This document shows, piece after piece, positions 53,401 through 64,000 of a stretch of 64,000 nucleotides of DNA. The translations under genes and the position numbers were made by a program. Position 1 is the first letter of the stretch. Each line of letters opens with the position of its first letter. The notes under the pieces are model-generated. The model did no database searches. It was given only the letters and a program-made list of their open reading frames with translations, and was not told where the DNA came from. The DNA comes from Vicugna vicugna (Eukaryota), in NCBI GenBank assembly GCA_013265495.1, contig MU058791.1, positions 312,001 to 376,000 of the forward strand. The letters are read 5' to 3'.

Positions 53401-55499
53401 GAAACTCCCACCCTTGTCTTCATCTCTAGGGAGGCTGGGGGCTGACAGCAGATGGTAGCTTGTGTTCTGTCCCTTCCCTTCTACTCTCCTGCTGGCGGAT
53501 AAATACACATGGGATTCATGCCAGGCATGAGAGGCATATAATTGGAGTCAGGCTATGACATTATCACCCCCATTAGACTATTTCTGCATTCCAGTAACTC
53601 TGGAGATTACCAGAAGTTGGAAGAAATAATAAAGCTAAATATCTAGGTAGAAACGTTACTTGAATGTGTGTGTGTGTGTGTGTGTTTTAATGTGAGATGA
53701 AATTAGCCTCCCTACTTTATTCTAAGTGATGTAATTCATAGGCGTATCCCAGGACTAAATTTATTATAATTAAGTGATGGAAACTGTGTAAGAGTGCTGC
53801 ATTTTCACTGCTACCTGAGTAAATAAATTTTGGAACACCATGCTGTTGAGCTGAGGGGCCAAAGAAGATTTTTTGTTGAAGGTTAAAATATACACTTAAA
53901 TTCCAGTTTTTATTCATGCTTTTCAGACTTTGGATTCCCCAAGGTATTTAGAAGAGTTGAGGGTCAGGCTAACAATTTATTTTTCATGAGTTCTCCTTTT
54001 CCTTACGCATGTTTAAACAATACATTCACTTGGAATCGTGTTAGGATGCTAGTGTGTGTTTATCAATGCCTTTATTTAATCTTTCGTTACCTTTAAAATA
54101 CTTTTGGTAGACTATGACATTTTTGTATAAACATTTTTTTAAGTGTCCAAGTTGGAAGCTTATGGGTGACTTTTCTCTGACATGATAGTCCGAGGTGGTG
54201 ACCAGCAATTTAACGGATTGGTGATGGTGTTGTCAGCTGTGATTCAGCCAGTGGCTGCTGGTTCCGTGTTAACGTTCAGTTACTTAAGTGCAGGCTTTCC
54301 TAGTTCCTTACTATTTTGTTTATTTTATGACTGGTCACATTTCTGGTTCTTCCTGGAGAGCACAGGAGTCCCCAAGTTTGATACACTCCCTAGAAGCTCA
54401 TGTGATTTTGTTTTATACAGAGCTTACCCTTAAAGAAGTAGGTGAATCACCTTCCTACCAAATATTGACTGCTCAATAGGAAAAATATGACATTTTGGTG
54501 ACAAGCAAAAGCCTCACAAGTGTCAGCAGAATATTTAAATGTATGCTTTTTTTATTGGTGATGCCAAAAAAAAAGTACTAACACTTGAGTCCGAAGCTAT
54601 ATGTATTCACTTGCTCTAAGTTCTCTGTTTATGAAACTGTCACTAAATAAATCAGTGGAAAGCACCCTAAATATGTACATCTCAACTCTGCCTCTTACTA
54701 GCTAGGTGAATTTGGGCAAATAACTGGGCTCCTCTGAGTACCAGTTTCTTTAACAGAAAAGAAATTCGTAATAATAGGATTTACATTAGAGGACTAGAGT
54801 GAGTACTGAATGGGAAAAATGTGTGAGAAATAAATAGCCTGCTCTAAATAATAGGTCCTCCGTGCAGACTGCTTTCTTTATGGACATGATATCATTTCAT
54901 CAGTTTGTCTCTGCAGATAATTTTATGAGGTAAAGGTCAAGTACCTTTAAATTCTACCTATCTAAGCAACTTGGTTGTATACGCAGCAGCAGCAGCTTGT
55001 GTAAAGAGGAGGTGGCAGGAGAGTGTGAAAGTGTCTGGAACGGGACGAACTTTGGAACAAAGTTTGTGGGTTGTATTGGCACAGCTGTCCCCACCCCTTC
55101 ACTGAGCTTTTCTATCCTGGAGTTCTTCTCTCTTGTGCCGTTGTCCCCAAGACCTCCTTAACACGGACCACGCTCATTCAGAATTTGTATTAATGCAGAG
55201 AGGAGGTGGGCTAGAATAAACTCTCAGGGGGCTCTCCATAAGGTTTGTCAGGCAAATTAATCACAAAATCCAGATCTAGAGGGGATGTGAATGAGGTACT
55301 GAAGGAAAAAAAGCTTTCTGTGCACCATTAAGCAGTTGAGAGGCACTCACACACACAAATGTCGGATATGCTAATTGCAAGCTGTTAAATTCTTTTTTCA
55401 TTGGTTCTCATTACTTTACTTTTTTTTAAATTTAAATTTAATTTAATTTAATTTAATTTTTAAAACTTTTGTTGGGGGAGGTAGTAATAAGGTTTATTT

Positions 55500-56355
55500 A
55501 TGAGTCCTTGATTAGACATATGATTTGCAAATATTCTTCTGTCCTCTGAGTTGCCCTTTTATGTTCTTGTTGGTATCATTTGCAGTCCAAAGTTTTCAAT
55601 ATTGATGTAGTTCAGTTTATTTTTCCTTTTCTTACTTAATGGTTTTGGTGTCATACCTAAGAAACTATCACCTAACTCTTAACGGTACTTTTTGAATAGG
55701 AAAAGTTTTAATGATGGTAAAGTTCAACTTACCAATTTATTTTCTCTTATGGTTTGTGCTTTTTGTGCCCTGTATGCGAAGTCTTTGCCTACCCCAAGTC
55801 TGCAAATTTATTTTTCTAGAAGTTTTAGAGTTTTAGCTTTTCCACTTAAGTCTCTTTCAAGATCAACTTCAAGTTAATTTTTATGTGTGGTGTGAGGTAA
55901 GGATGATAGTCATTTTTCCCCCCATAGGGATGTCCACGTTTCAACACCATTTCTTGAGAAGACTTTTCTTTTCTCAGTTAATTACTTTGGCACCTTTGTC
56001 AAAAATCTGTTCACTGGCTGGATTGATTTCTAGACTCATAATATTCCATTACTCTATATGTCTGTCCTTTTGTTAATACCACCCTGCCTTATTTACTGTA
56101 GTTTTCTCGTAAGTCTTGAAATCTGATAGTATAGTTCTTTAATTTTATTATTCTCTTAAAATTACTTTGGATATTCTAGATTATTTGCATTTTCCTGTAA
56201 ATTTTACAATTAGCTTACCCTTTACCCCCCAAAAATGCAGTGGGAATTTTGTCTGGGATTGCACTGAATCCGCAGATCACTTTGGGAACAATTGACAACT
56301 GAAAAAAATCGAGCTTTTCAATCCATACATGACCGTTCTCTCCACTTATTTATAT
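55500..56355 (-). mobile_element. Old L1M ORF2 fragments
   Basis: TTTGCAAATATTCTTCT, CAACACCATTTCTTGA, TTGGCACCTTTGTCAAAAATC, GGGATTGCACTGAATC. Confidence 0.8.
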
Positions 56356-57244
56356 CTCCCAGTAAAAGCACAGCTAACTAGAAAATGTGCTGTGTTTTTT
56401 ATAGTGGTTTGTGAGGGAGAAAAAAAAATTTACTAAATAATATCACAGGAAATCACTAAAGCAATCTCAAGCCATTCACAGAAGTGGTCATGTTTCTTTA
56501 AGTAATTTTTTTCAACTAATGAAGGAAGGGATGAGCATGTTTTACCAATATTGTGCTCTGTTGTGTTGTATGTACTCCACATGAGATACAAATATTTCTA
56601 ACATTTCTGTATTCCTTTTATCCCATGGTAGCACTAAGATATGTATGACTAGTTACCTGCTGAGCCTGAAAACTAATGATGAAGCACACTTTCTTCGAAG
56701 AAAGTTAATTTGATTCCTGAGCAGCCCAAGACACAAAAAGATATGCAGCTTCTGGTGCACAAAGCCGTTTGAACAGCTCCCCGTTTGTGGGTTGCCGGTG
56801 TTAGCTTCACGTGGATATTGTATTCATAATTCATGCAGTGTGTTCCCAGAAACAGTTTTAATTAGAACACAAATTATTACTCCCAACAGAAAATCTTTTG
56901 TAAGTCGCCAAGCATAATAATGAAGACAAAAGTGTTTTTGACTACGACACCTTAATATATTCGCATACAAATTACCGAAACGTTATCTCTGTTCACAACA
57001 GGCACTAACTGAGAGCTTAGAGGGCCTTTGGCTTCTGTTCGGCATTGGGTGGCTGAGAAGGGGGTTGGGGACACACACGAGGCCTGGCCGATGGTCTCCG
57101 TGCCTCTCTATGTGGAAGAGTCTTCATAATGCACACCACTGCAGCCCTCGAGCTTTGTGCAGGGAGCTCTGCGTCACCGGGGGGTGAGGTGGGGCACTCC
57201 ACGCTGAAGAGCTGGTACACAGACACTGAGGAGCCTCAGTGGGA

Positions 57245-57530
57245 TGTGAGGGGCTCGGTCTGCGGAGGTCCAGTTTGTGAGAGGTGTAGTCTGTGAAGAG
57301 GTCCAGCCTGTGAGGATTTAGAAAGTCGGGGTCCAGTTTATGGAGGGCCCATTCTTTGAGGGGTGTGGTCTGGGGGCAGATTCAGTCCATGGGTGTCCAG
57401 TTTGTGAGAGATTTAGTCTGTGGAGGGTTCAGTCTGTGAGGGATGCCATCTATAAGGTGCTCAGACTATTGGGATCTGTCTTTGGGGGTCACTCTGTATG
57501 CAGTTATGTCCTGTGGGGTTTCAGTCTGGC
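57245..57530. repeat. Degenerate minisatellite, about 16-17-bp unit near GGGTCCAGTCTGTGAG
   Basis: Recurring GGTCCAGTTTGTGAGA, GGTCCAGCCTGTGAGG, GGGTTCAGTCTGTGAG. Confidence 0.65.
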
Positions 57531-57779
57531 TGGGACATCTTGGTGGGAGGTACGACTAGAGACCTTGGCAGAGGCAAACTCAGTACTTCTGGCTGCAGCT
57601 GCTGCTTCTTTGTTATCCTCCAGGTTAATTACTTAATATTTTGTTTGTTTTTCCTGCCACTGGAAAACCTACTGAGATTTAAAGACCTTAGATAGTTAAG
57701 AAGGAAAAGATAAAAGCCAACATCCAATATAATCATGAATCGATTTTACTAGGTTCAACTGTGTGACAACATACAGTCA

Positions 57780-58440
57780 TGTTTTTGAGATCTTTTTTTA
57801 ATGTAAAGCGTTTACAACCATAAATTTTCCTCTTAGCACTGCTTTTGCTGAATCCTGTAAGTTTTGGTATGCTGTGTTTCCATTTTCATTTGTCTCAAGA
57901 GGTTTTCTCCTTTCGTGATTTCTTCTTTGACCCTGGCTGTTTAAGAATGTGTTAATTTCTACATATTTGTCAGCTTTCCAATTTTCCTTCTGCCCTTGAT
58001 TTCTAGTTTCCTTCCATTGTGTTTGGAGAAGATACTTTGTATGATTTCAGTATTTTAAAATGTATTTCCTTTTTTGTGTTTTGGGGCCTGACATATCCTG
58101 GAGAACATTCCATGTGAATGTGACAAAATGTGCATTCTGCTGTTGTTGGGTTGTGTGTTCTGTATGTCTGTTAGGGCTGATTGGTCTGTCGTGATATGCA
58201 GGCCCTCTGTTTCCACACTGATGTTCTGCTTGGCGGTTCCATCTATTATGGAGAGTAACGTATTGAAGTCTCCTATTTTTATAGAGCGCTCTGTTTCTCC
58301 GTTCAATCCTGCCCACGTTTGCGTCGTATATGTTGGAGCTCTGATGTTCGGTACATGTTTGGTACAGGTACCATTTTTCTTGATGAATAGGACCCTTTTG
58401 CCAGTGTATAATGTCTTTCGTTGTCTCTTGTAAGTTTTGA
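57780..58440 (-). mobile_element. L1 ORF2 endonuclease-domain relic
   Basis: Minus-strand peptide IGDFNTLLSIIDG...QNISVETEGL...LTDI...SHGMFSRI matches the L1 EN motifs GDFNTPLS and HGTFSRID. Confidence 0.9.
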
Positions 58441-59349
58441 CTTTATATAACCATGTTTTTAAAGCAATCCTGTTTGACAGAAAGATTTTTACAGTACTTT
58501 TCTAAACATCATCTTACCCATTTTATCTAATTTGAACAAAATTGAACATCTTTCTGAAATTTCTAACGAGCTCTTCAAAGTATGCACGATTTAAGTCCCA
58601 TGCATTATAGAACAATTGTAAAAATTTTGATAAGTAACGTCTGGTCACTAATACTCAAATTTGAGGACCCATAAACGCACATAAAGAGTAGTCATGCATA
58701 GACTATAAAGCATTCGAAACTACTCATTTATTAACTTACACGTTGTACACATATTTATGTGATTTAAGGATACATGTAAAGCTGTAGAGTCAGCAATTGG
58801 GGCTTGTAAAATAAAAAACAGAGCTATCACCATGGACTTCATTGCTTCTAATTCCCTAGTAGATAAACATTTGGGGCTTGTAAAAAGGGTGCCTGTGGAG
58901 TAATAAATTTCTGAATATATCAGATTAGACATTCTAGTTTGAGATGCCCCCCTGAATTGCAGTTCTATTTGATGACTTATTAAGAGATAAAGACGTTCTA
59001 CTGCAACCAAGCCAATTTCCTCATGCCCTCCAGATAGGATGTGGGTGTTCTGGCCTCAGGTTTTCTCTCATGTCTTCCCAATTTCCTACCCTTCTCAGGC
59101 ACCTAGACACTCTTTTCATTTAGAGCCTCAGGCTAAAGCCCTCCTTATCCCGCCCAGGCTCCCTAAAGCCTCTCTCTGTACCAGCCCTTCAGCCTGGAGC
59201 ACAGCTCCCCACCCCGCCCTGTGCTCGGCACGTCCAGCTGGGTGGCCCTAATCACCCTCCACACAAAGACGTCTCCTCCACCAGAACCTTCCCTCTGGCC
59301 CCAGAGCATCCTGCACGAACCTTGAGGAAAGCGATCATTGTATACGATT

Positions 59350-59780
59350 GAGCCAGGTGTTTATTGATGAAGGAAAGTGCTGGCTCCAGGCCCTCAGCGC
59401 CCAGCCGGCCAGCAGGCACGCAGGGCCCGGCGCTCGGCCTGCAGCAGGAGGGTCTCCGTCTGGGCGTGCGGGCTGTAGGCCGTCCCCCGCAGGTCCTGCC
59501 GGGCGCGCCGCACGAACCCGAGAGCGTGGCAGCCACGCGCCGGCGGCTCTGCGCGGGCACGGCGCTCCCGGCGGCGGGGTCAGCGCGGGCCTGGGTGCCC
59601 AGCAGCTCGACGACGCTCAGCAGCAGGAGCAGCAGCCGCCGCGGCGGCGGCGACCTCGGGGGCCTGCGCCGCGGCGGGGGTGGGGGGGGCGTGGCCGAGC
59701 GGAGGAAGCCCAGGCGCCCGCGGTTCAGGGACCCCGCGGCAGCAGCGCTGGCGACGCGGGAAGACGTGCTGCGTCCGGCG
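59350..59780 (-). pseudogene. NICOL1: Processed retrocopy of NICOL1/C4orf48 (small secreted protein); CDS remnant 59692-59394
   Basis: The minus strand reads ACG-PPPPPPRRRPPRSPPPRRLLLLLLSVVELLGTQARADPAAGSAVPAQSRRRV. After a 1-nt shift at 59533/59532 it reads CHALGFVRRARQDLRGTAYSPHAQTETLLLQAERRALRACWPAGR-stop (59396-59394). This matches recalled C4orf48 (...GSAVPAQSRPCVDCHAFEFMQRALQDLRKTAYSLDARTETLLLQAERRALCACWPAG). There are no introns, and AATAAA lies at 59365-59360. The 5' boundary is approximate. Confidence 0.9.
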
Positions 59781-59900
59781 CCAATTGCTCCTCTTTATTT
59801 TGCTCCGGGTCCAGCAGATTATGCGGCCAGCCCTGCATGTGACGGCCAGCCCTGCGCGCGGCTGCCAGAGAAAGTGTCCCGGCAGCAGAACGGCCGGTGT
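59390..59900. promoter_or_regulatory. Intragenic CpG island-like segment
   Basis: Very high GC and dense CpG (CGCGC, GCGGCGGCGG) over about 500 bp in an otherwise CpG-depleted window. Confidence 0.75.
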
Positions 59901-61056
59901 GGGATGGGAGTGAGCAGGTGCGGCCTGTGGTAGTGGCAGACCAGGGGGCCTGGCCGGGGAGGCTGGATGAGGGCAGGTGAGCAGGTGCAGCAGAAGGGCT
60001 CGCAGGAGAGTGGGGGGCCATGCCAAGTGGGGGCCTGGGTTCAGGAGGAGGAAGCAGGTAGCAGGGAAGAGGTCTGAGGGGAGAACTCTAGAACACTCGG
60101 TCAAGGTGCATTTACTTTTCAGTGTTTACATCCTGGCCTGCCAATTTAAATCTAAGCCCCTGCAGGGCAGAGACCATTGAGTCATGGGATGTAGCCCCTG
60201 GTAACCTTGGAAATAATCTAATCCCACCCTAGCTTCTGTCCTTTTCAGGGAATCACCGCCCCTTCCTTGAAACCATGGAAATCCAAATGGTTTTTCAGGC
60301 TATGTCATGGGAGAAGTTGAGGCTACTAGGAGTAAATGGGTACACTCAGTCACTTTTCCTGTTTGGGAGGTTTTGTCAGGGATGCAGAAGGAGACTGGGG
60401 GGCGATCTCACAGGGCGTATTTGAGAACCTCCTTTTGGAATGCTGCAGCTGGGAAGAGCAAGGGTCCGGGGCTGGGGGCCACGGATGCCAGGCTCCCTCC
60501 TGCCTCCTATGAGATAGATCATCCTGGCCTCGCTGGGTCTGTCGGTAAAGCAGGGGGTTCTTGTTGTTTGGGCACTTGTCCTAGACAAGCCTAAGGTTTC
60601 AGGTCTCCGTGGCCTCGCACTTCATCTGCTGTCCCTATTTCCTCAGTGCAAAACTCCAAGAAACAAGTGCTCACGATAGAAATCCACTAGTTGAGTTTTC
60701 TGCATTCACTAGCCCAGTCTCTCTGTTTCCCAAGATGATATTTCTAAAACTGTGTCTTATCTCTTTGAATCCATGGGGCTTTATAAATAAGGCATGTTGG
60801 TGACCAAGCTGGCTTGGCAGCCCTGATGAGTGTAGGAAATTCGATTTCACACATGGCGGGGCGAACGGGAAAGGCTGGGGCCGTAGAGAGGTCCTCTGGT
60901 TCCGGTTTTGAAGCAGGCGTTTAGAATTCTGCTAGATTTCCCCATTGCCACATCTAGATGATTAATTTTACATCTTGAAATGAAAACTCTTGCTCCTTTG
61001 TGGCTCAGACTCAAGCTCTGTTCTTGGCCAGACTTTCTTGTCTCTACCGGCTCCCC

Positions 61057-61402
61057 ATTTTTTTTTCTTCCAGTTTTATTTGTTTATTTTTATTCTTCCA
61101 GTTTTATTGAGATAAAATTGACAGGCAGCACTGTCCGTGTTTAAGGTGGACAGCATAATGATTTGATTGATGTACATCATGAAGTGATGATTGCAATAAG
61201 TTTAGTTAAACATCCGTCATTTCATATCAGTACAAAATTAAAGAAACAGAAACATTCTTTTTCTTGCGATGAGAACTTTTAGGCTTTACTCCCTTAACAA
61301 CTTTCATATGTAACACACAGCAGTGTTAATTATATTTATAATGTACATTACATCCCTAGTACTTATTTATCTTGTAACTGGAAGTTTGTACTTTTTGACT
61401 CC
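61057..61402 (-). mobile_element. L1 3' UTR fragment
   Basis: TTTTATTGAGATAAAATTGACA...GATGAGAACTTTTAGG...CTTATTTATCTTGTAACTGGAAGTTTGTAC. Confidence 0.85.
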
Positions 61403-63269
61403 ATCTTCTTTTATACACTAAAGACTCTGGTGTCTGACACGGCGACTTCTACCCCCTCCTCCAGTGATTGGGATGACGAGTATGGTACTCTCAGTGTCCC
61501 TGTGGACAACCCACGCGATAACCTTTAGTGGTTTTCAACCATCTCCTCTCCTATCACACAATCCCATGGACACTTTCCAGAATGGTGTTCCCCAGAACTG
61601 TTTCGGCTCTGTAATCTTAATCTTCACCAGTCCATGTCTGTTTTCAGCCTAGCCGACAACAGTACCTCAGTTTTTTAATTTACGTCTTCTTTGGTATGAT
61701 TGAGAACCCCCCAATGACTCCTTCCTCGGGCTTCCTTATCCAGTCTAAACCCTTCCAGTATCCCCCATGGTCACTTCCCTGCGAGCATCCTTCTTTGTCT
61801 GCTACATCCACCTTGCAGACGCAAAACTTGGCATCAGTGCAAGTGCCTGCATCCTCTGCCTCTACATCAGGGCTACTGGACACCGCTGGAGGATAGCACA
61901 CATTTGGGTGGCTTGGAGCTGCTAGAAATTTAATGTTCCCCAGTCTCACCCAAGTCCCAGCACTGCTCAGCTCTCCTTTCATGTGGTTTTGGTGAGATTC
62001 TTCTTCCATTCTTTTGTTTTCCACTTTCTCCAGACATTGTTCTTCTAAGCTACCTAATGCTCCATCCACTGGATATTAGAACTGTATGAGCCTTTAAGGA
62101 TGGTACTTTGTAAATTGATATAAAGACACTAAAATGGTATCAAACTTCTTTGAAAACAAATGCCCCATATTTTGGTCATCTTGGTTAAAAAACAGTTGGA
62201 AATCTTTAATCAAAATATTCAACAAGTTAAGTGAAAAAAAATAATAAAGCAGCTTTTGATGTTTTCAGCAAATTGCACTTATTGAAAACAAAAATTAAAA
62301 CACATCCCTACCAAAAAAACCAAAAAAAACCCCCCACATCCCTACAAAAGAAACTGAACAAATTACATGATGAGGGCTCAGATAACATAGAAGAGTTTTG
62401 ACAGTCTGTGATTATGCTTTGGAATAACTCAACCTGTGGGCGGTGTCTTGGTGGAGCTCCTATTTTTAATTGGATAATTTTATGTCCATTATGCAGTATT
62501 CAAATGTTGAGAAACATTTAAAATGTCATCAGTAGAGACAATTTATTTGACAAGGTTTGTCTTTTCTAAGTACTCATCAAAGAAAGGTAGTATTTATCCA
62601 AGAAAGAGAGCAAAATGACAGTAAATATTAAAATAATACTTGGGCTGAAATACTTACGTATTTTGATTTAAAGTTGACAATGTAGAATATTTCTGTTTAG
62701 CAGGATTTGCCCTGAATGTACTAGGTGTTGAAGCACTTATAGAGAGAGCATTTTCCAAGTTAAAAACATCATAGTTAACAGCGAAGATTCTATTGAAGGT
62801 GTCCACAGTTTCAAACTTAGTGATTGTAAATTGTAACTTTGAAGATTATAAGCAACGTTATAAAAACTGAAAATGAAAAATCCACATAGAAAAAAGTGAA
62901 TTCTTCAGATCTGGATTTGGAGACGGATATGGATTTAAAATTGATTACAATACGTGAATATGTGCTAAGAATAATTATTCTGCTTGCAGTATTTTCTGAT
63001 ATTCAGGCAATCAACAGAAAAAAGGTTAAAAAATCTTTTAACATACATGGATAATAGTTATTTTAATTTTTTTGGAAATAAGTTCATTTTAAAAAATAGT
63101 TATTAAGCAAAATTCTTTTTATAGGCCAAACAATGTGATAAACCAGTTGTCATTCCATAAATAAAAATGTCAGGCATTATTTGGTTCTATTAACTTCGGT
63201 GGCTTCTTTCACTCTCTGAATGGCCTGGTTGGATACTAACTTATGCAACAGTTTTTGCCATGATACTCC

Positions 63270-63758
63270 TTTTTTTTTTTTGTATTGAAGTATGGCTCAT
63301 TTAAAATGTTGTGTTAGTTTCTGGTGTACAGCAGAGTGGTTTGGTTTTATATATATAAATATACATATATATATATGTATAATTTTTCAGAATGTTTCCA
63401 ATATAGGTTATTACAAGATATTGAATATAGTTCCCAGTGCTCTACAGTAGGATCTTGTGGTTCATCTACTTTATATATAGGAGTGTGTATCTGTTAATCC
63501 CAAATCCCTAATTTACCCGCCCTTTTCCCCTTTGGCAATCATAAGTTTGTTGTCTATTTCTGTCTTGTAAATAAGTTCATTTGTATTATTTTTCTTACAT
63601 TCCACATATAAGTGATATCATATGATTTTGTCTTTGTCTGACTTGATAATCTGATCAATGATAATCTCTAGACATCCATGTTGCTGGAAATGGCAAAATT
63701 TCATTCTTCTTTATGGCTGATTAGTATTCCATTGTATATCTATACACATCTTCTTTTG
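63270..63758 (-). mobile_element. 5'-truncated L1
   Basis: Poly-T and a 3' UTR of the same family as 13266 and 16544; TSD TGATACTC at 63261 and 63759. Confidence 0.9.
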
Positions 63759-64000
63759 TGATACTCTTTCTTAACCTGCCTTCTCTCTAGGAATAAAACC
63801 AGTCCTTCATGTCTTTTTTCACTGTCCCATTTATAAATGATTTTATCATACTCCTTCTGCTCTTACTTGCTCACACATCTTGTTCCTCTAACTGTAAGTT
63901 CCCTCAGAACATTGTCTCTATTATTTGTGCATTCTCAAGGTTTATCCCAATGCCTGGTCCATAATAATGATTATTAAGCAAATGAATTTAGCAATCTAAG

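Noticed and set aside
58055..58306. Functional endonuclease gene
   Set aside because: Fragmented, frameshifted L1 ORF2 relic.
59330..59800. TSD and poly(A) tail for the NICOL1 retrocopy
   Set aside because: No convincing direct repeat or A-tract is visible, so the boundaries are left approximate.
59364..59933. 189-aa + strand ORF and the overlapping 164-aa and 174-aa ORFs
   Set aside because: These are shadow or off-frame readings of the GC-rich NICOL1 retrocopy, where stops are scarce; no recognisable protein.

Overview
Mammalian genomic DNA, probably camelid (two tRNA-derived SINEs resemble the camelid Vic-1 type; Tigger1 and L1 relics are artiodactyl-like). The window lies inside CAMK1D on the + strand. 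It contains one recognisable coding exon: 52960-53034, 75 nt, AG/GT, encoding (K)[24 protein letters not shown](L). The rest is intron filled with L1, L2, L3/CR1, MIR, MaLR/ERV1 LTRs and DNA-transposon relics. Nearly all ORFs in the track are spurious. The most unusual object is an antisense processed copy of NICOL1 (C4orf48) at about 59350-59780. It has ATG>ACG, a 1-bp frameshift, an intact CpG-island character and replacements that look almost all A/T>G/C. Also notable are a 305-bp non-L1 insertion with a perfect 17-bp TSD carrying a telomere-like insert (20455-20793), a 276-bp near-perfect tandem duplication (21555-22106) and two TSD-flanked solo ERV1-type LTRs. I see no support for a new multi-gene system. 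Gene and repeat names come from recall of known sequences, not database searches, and old-repeat boundaries are approximate.
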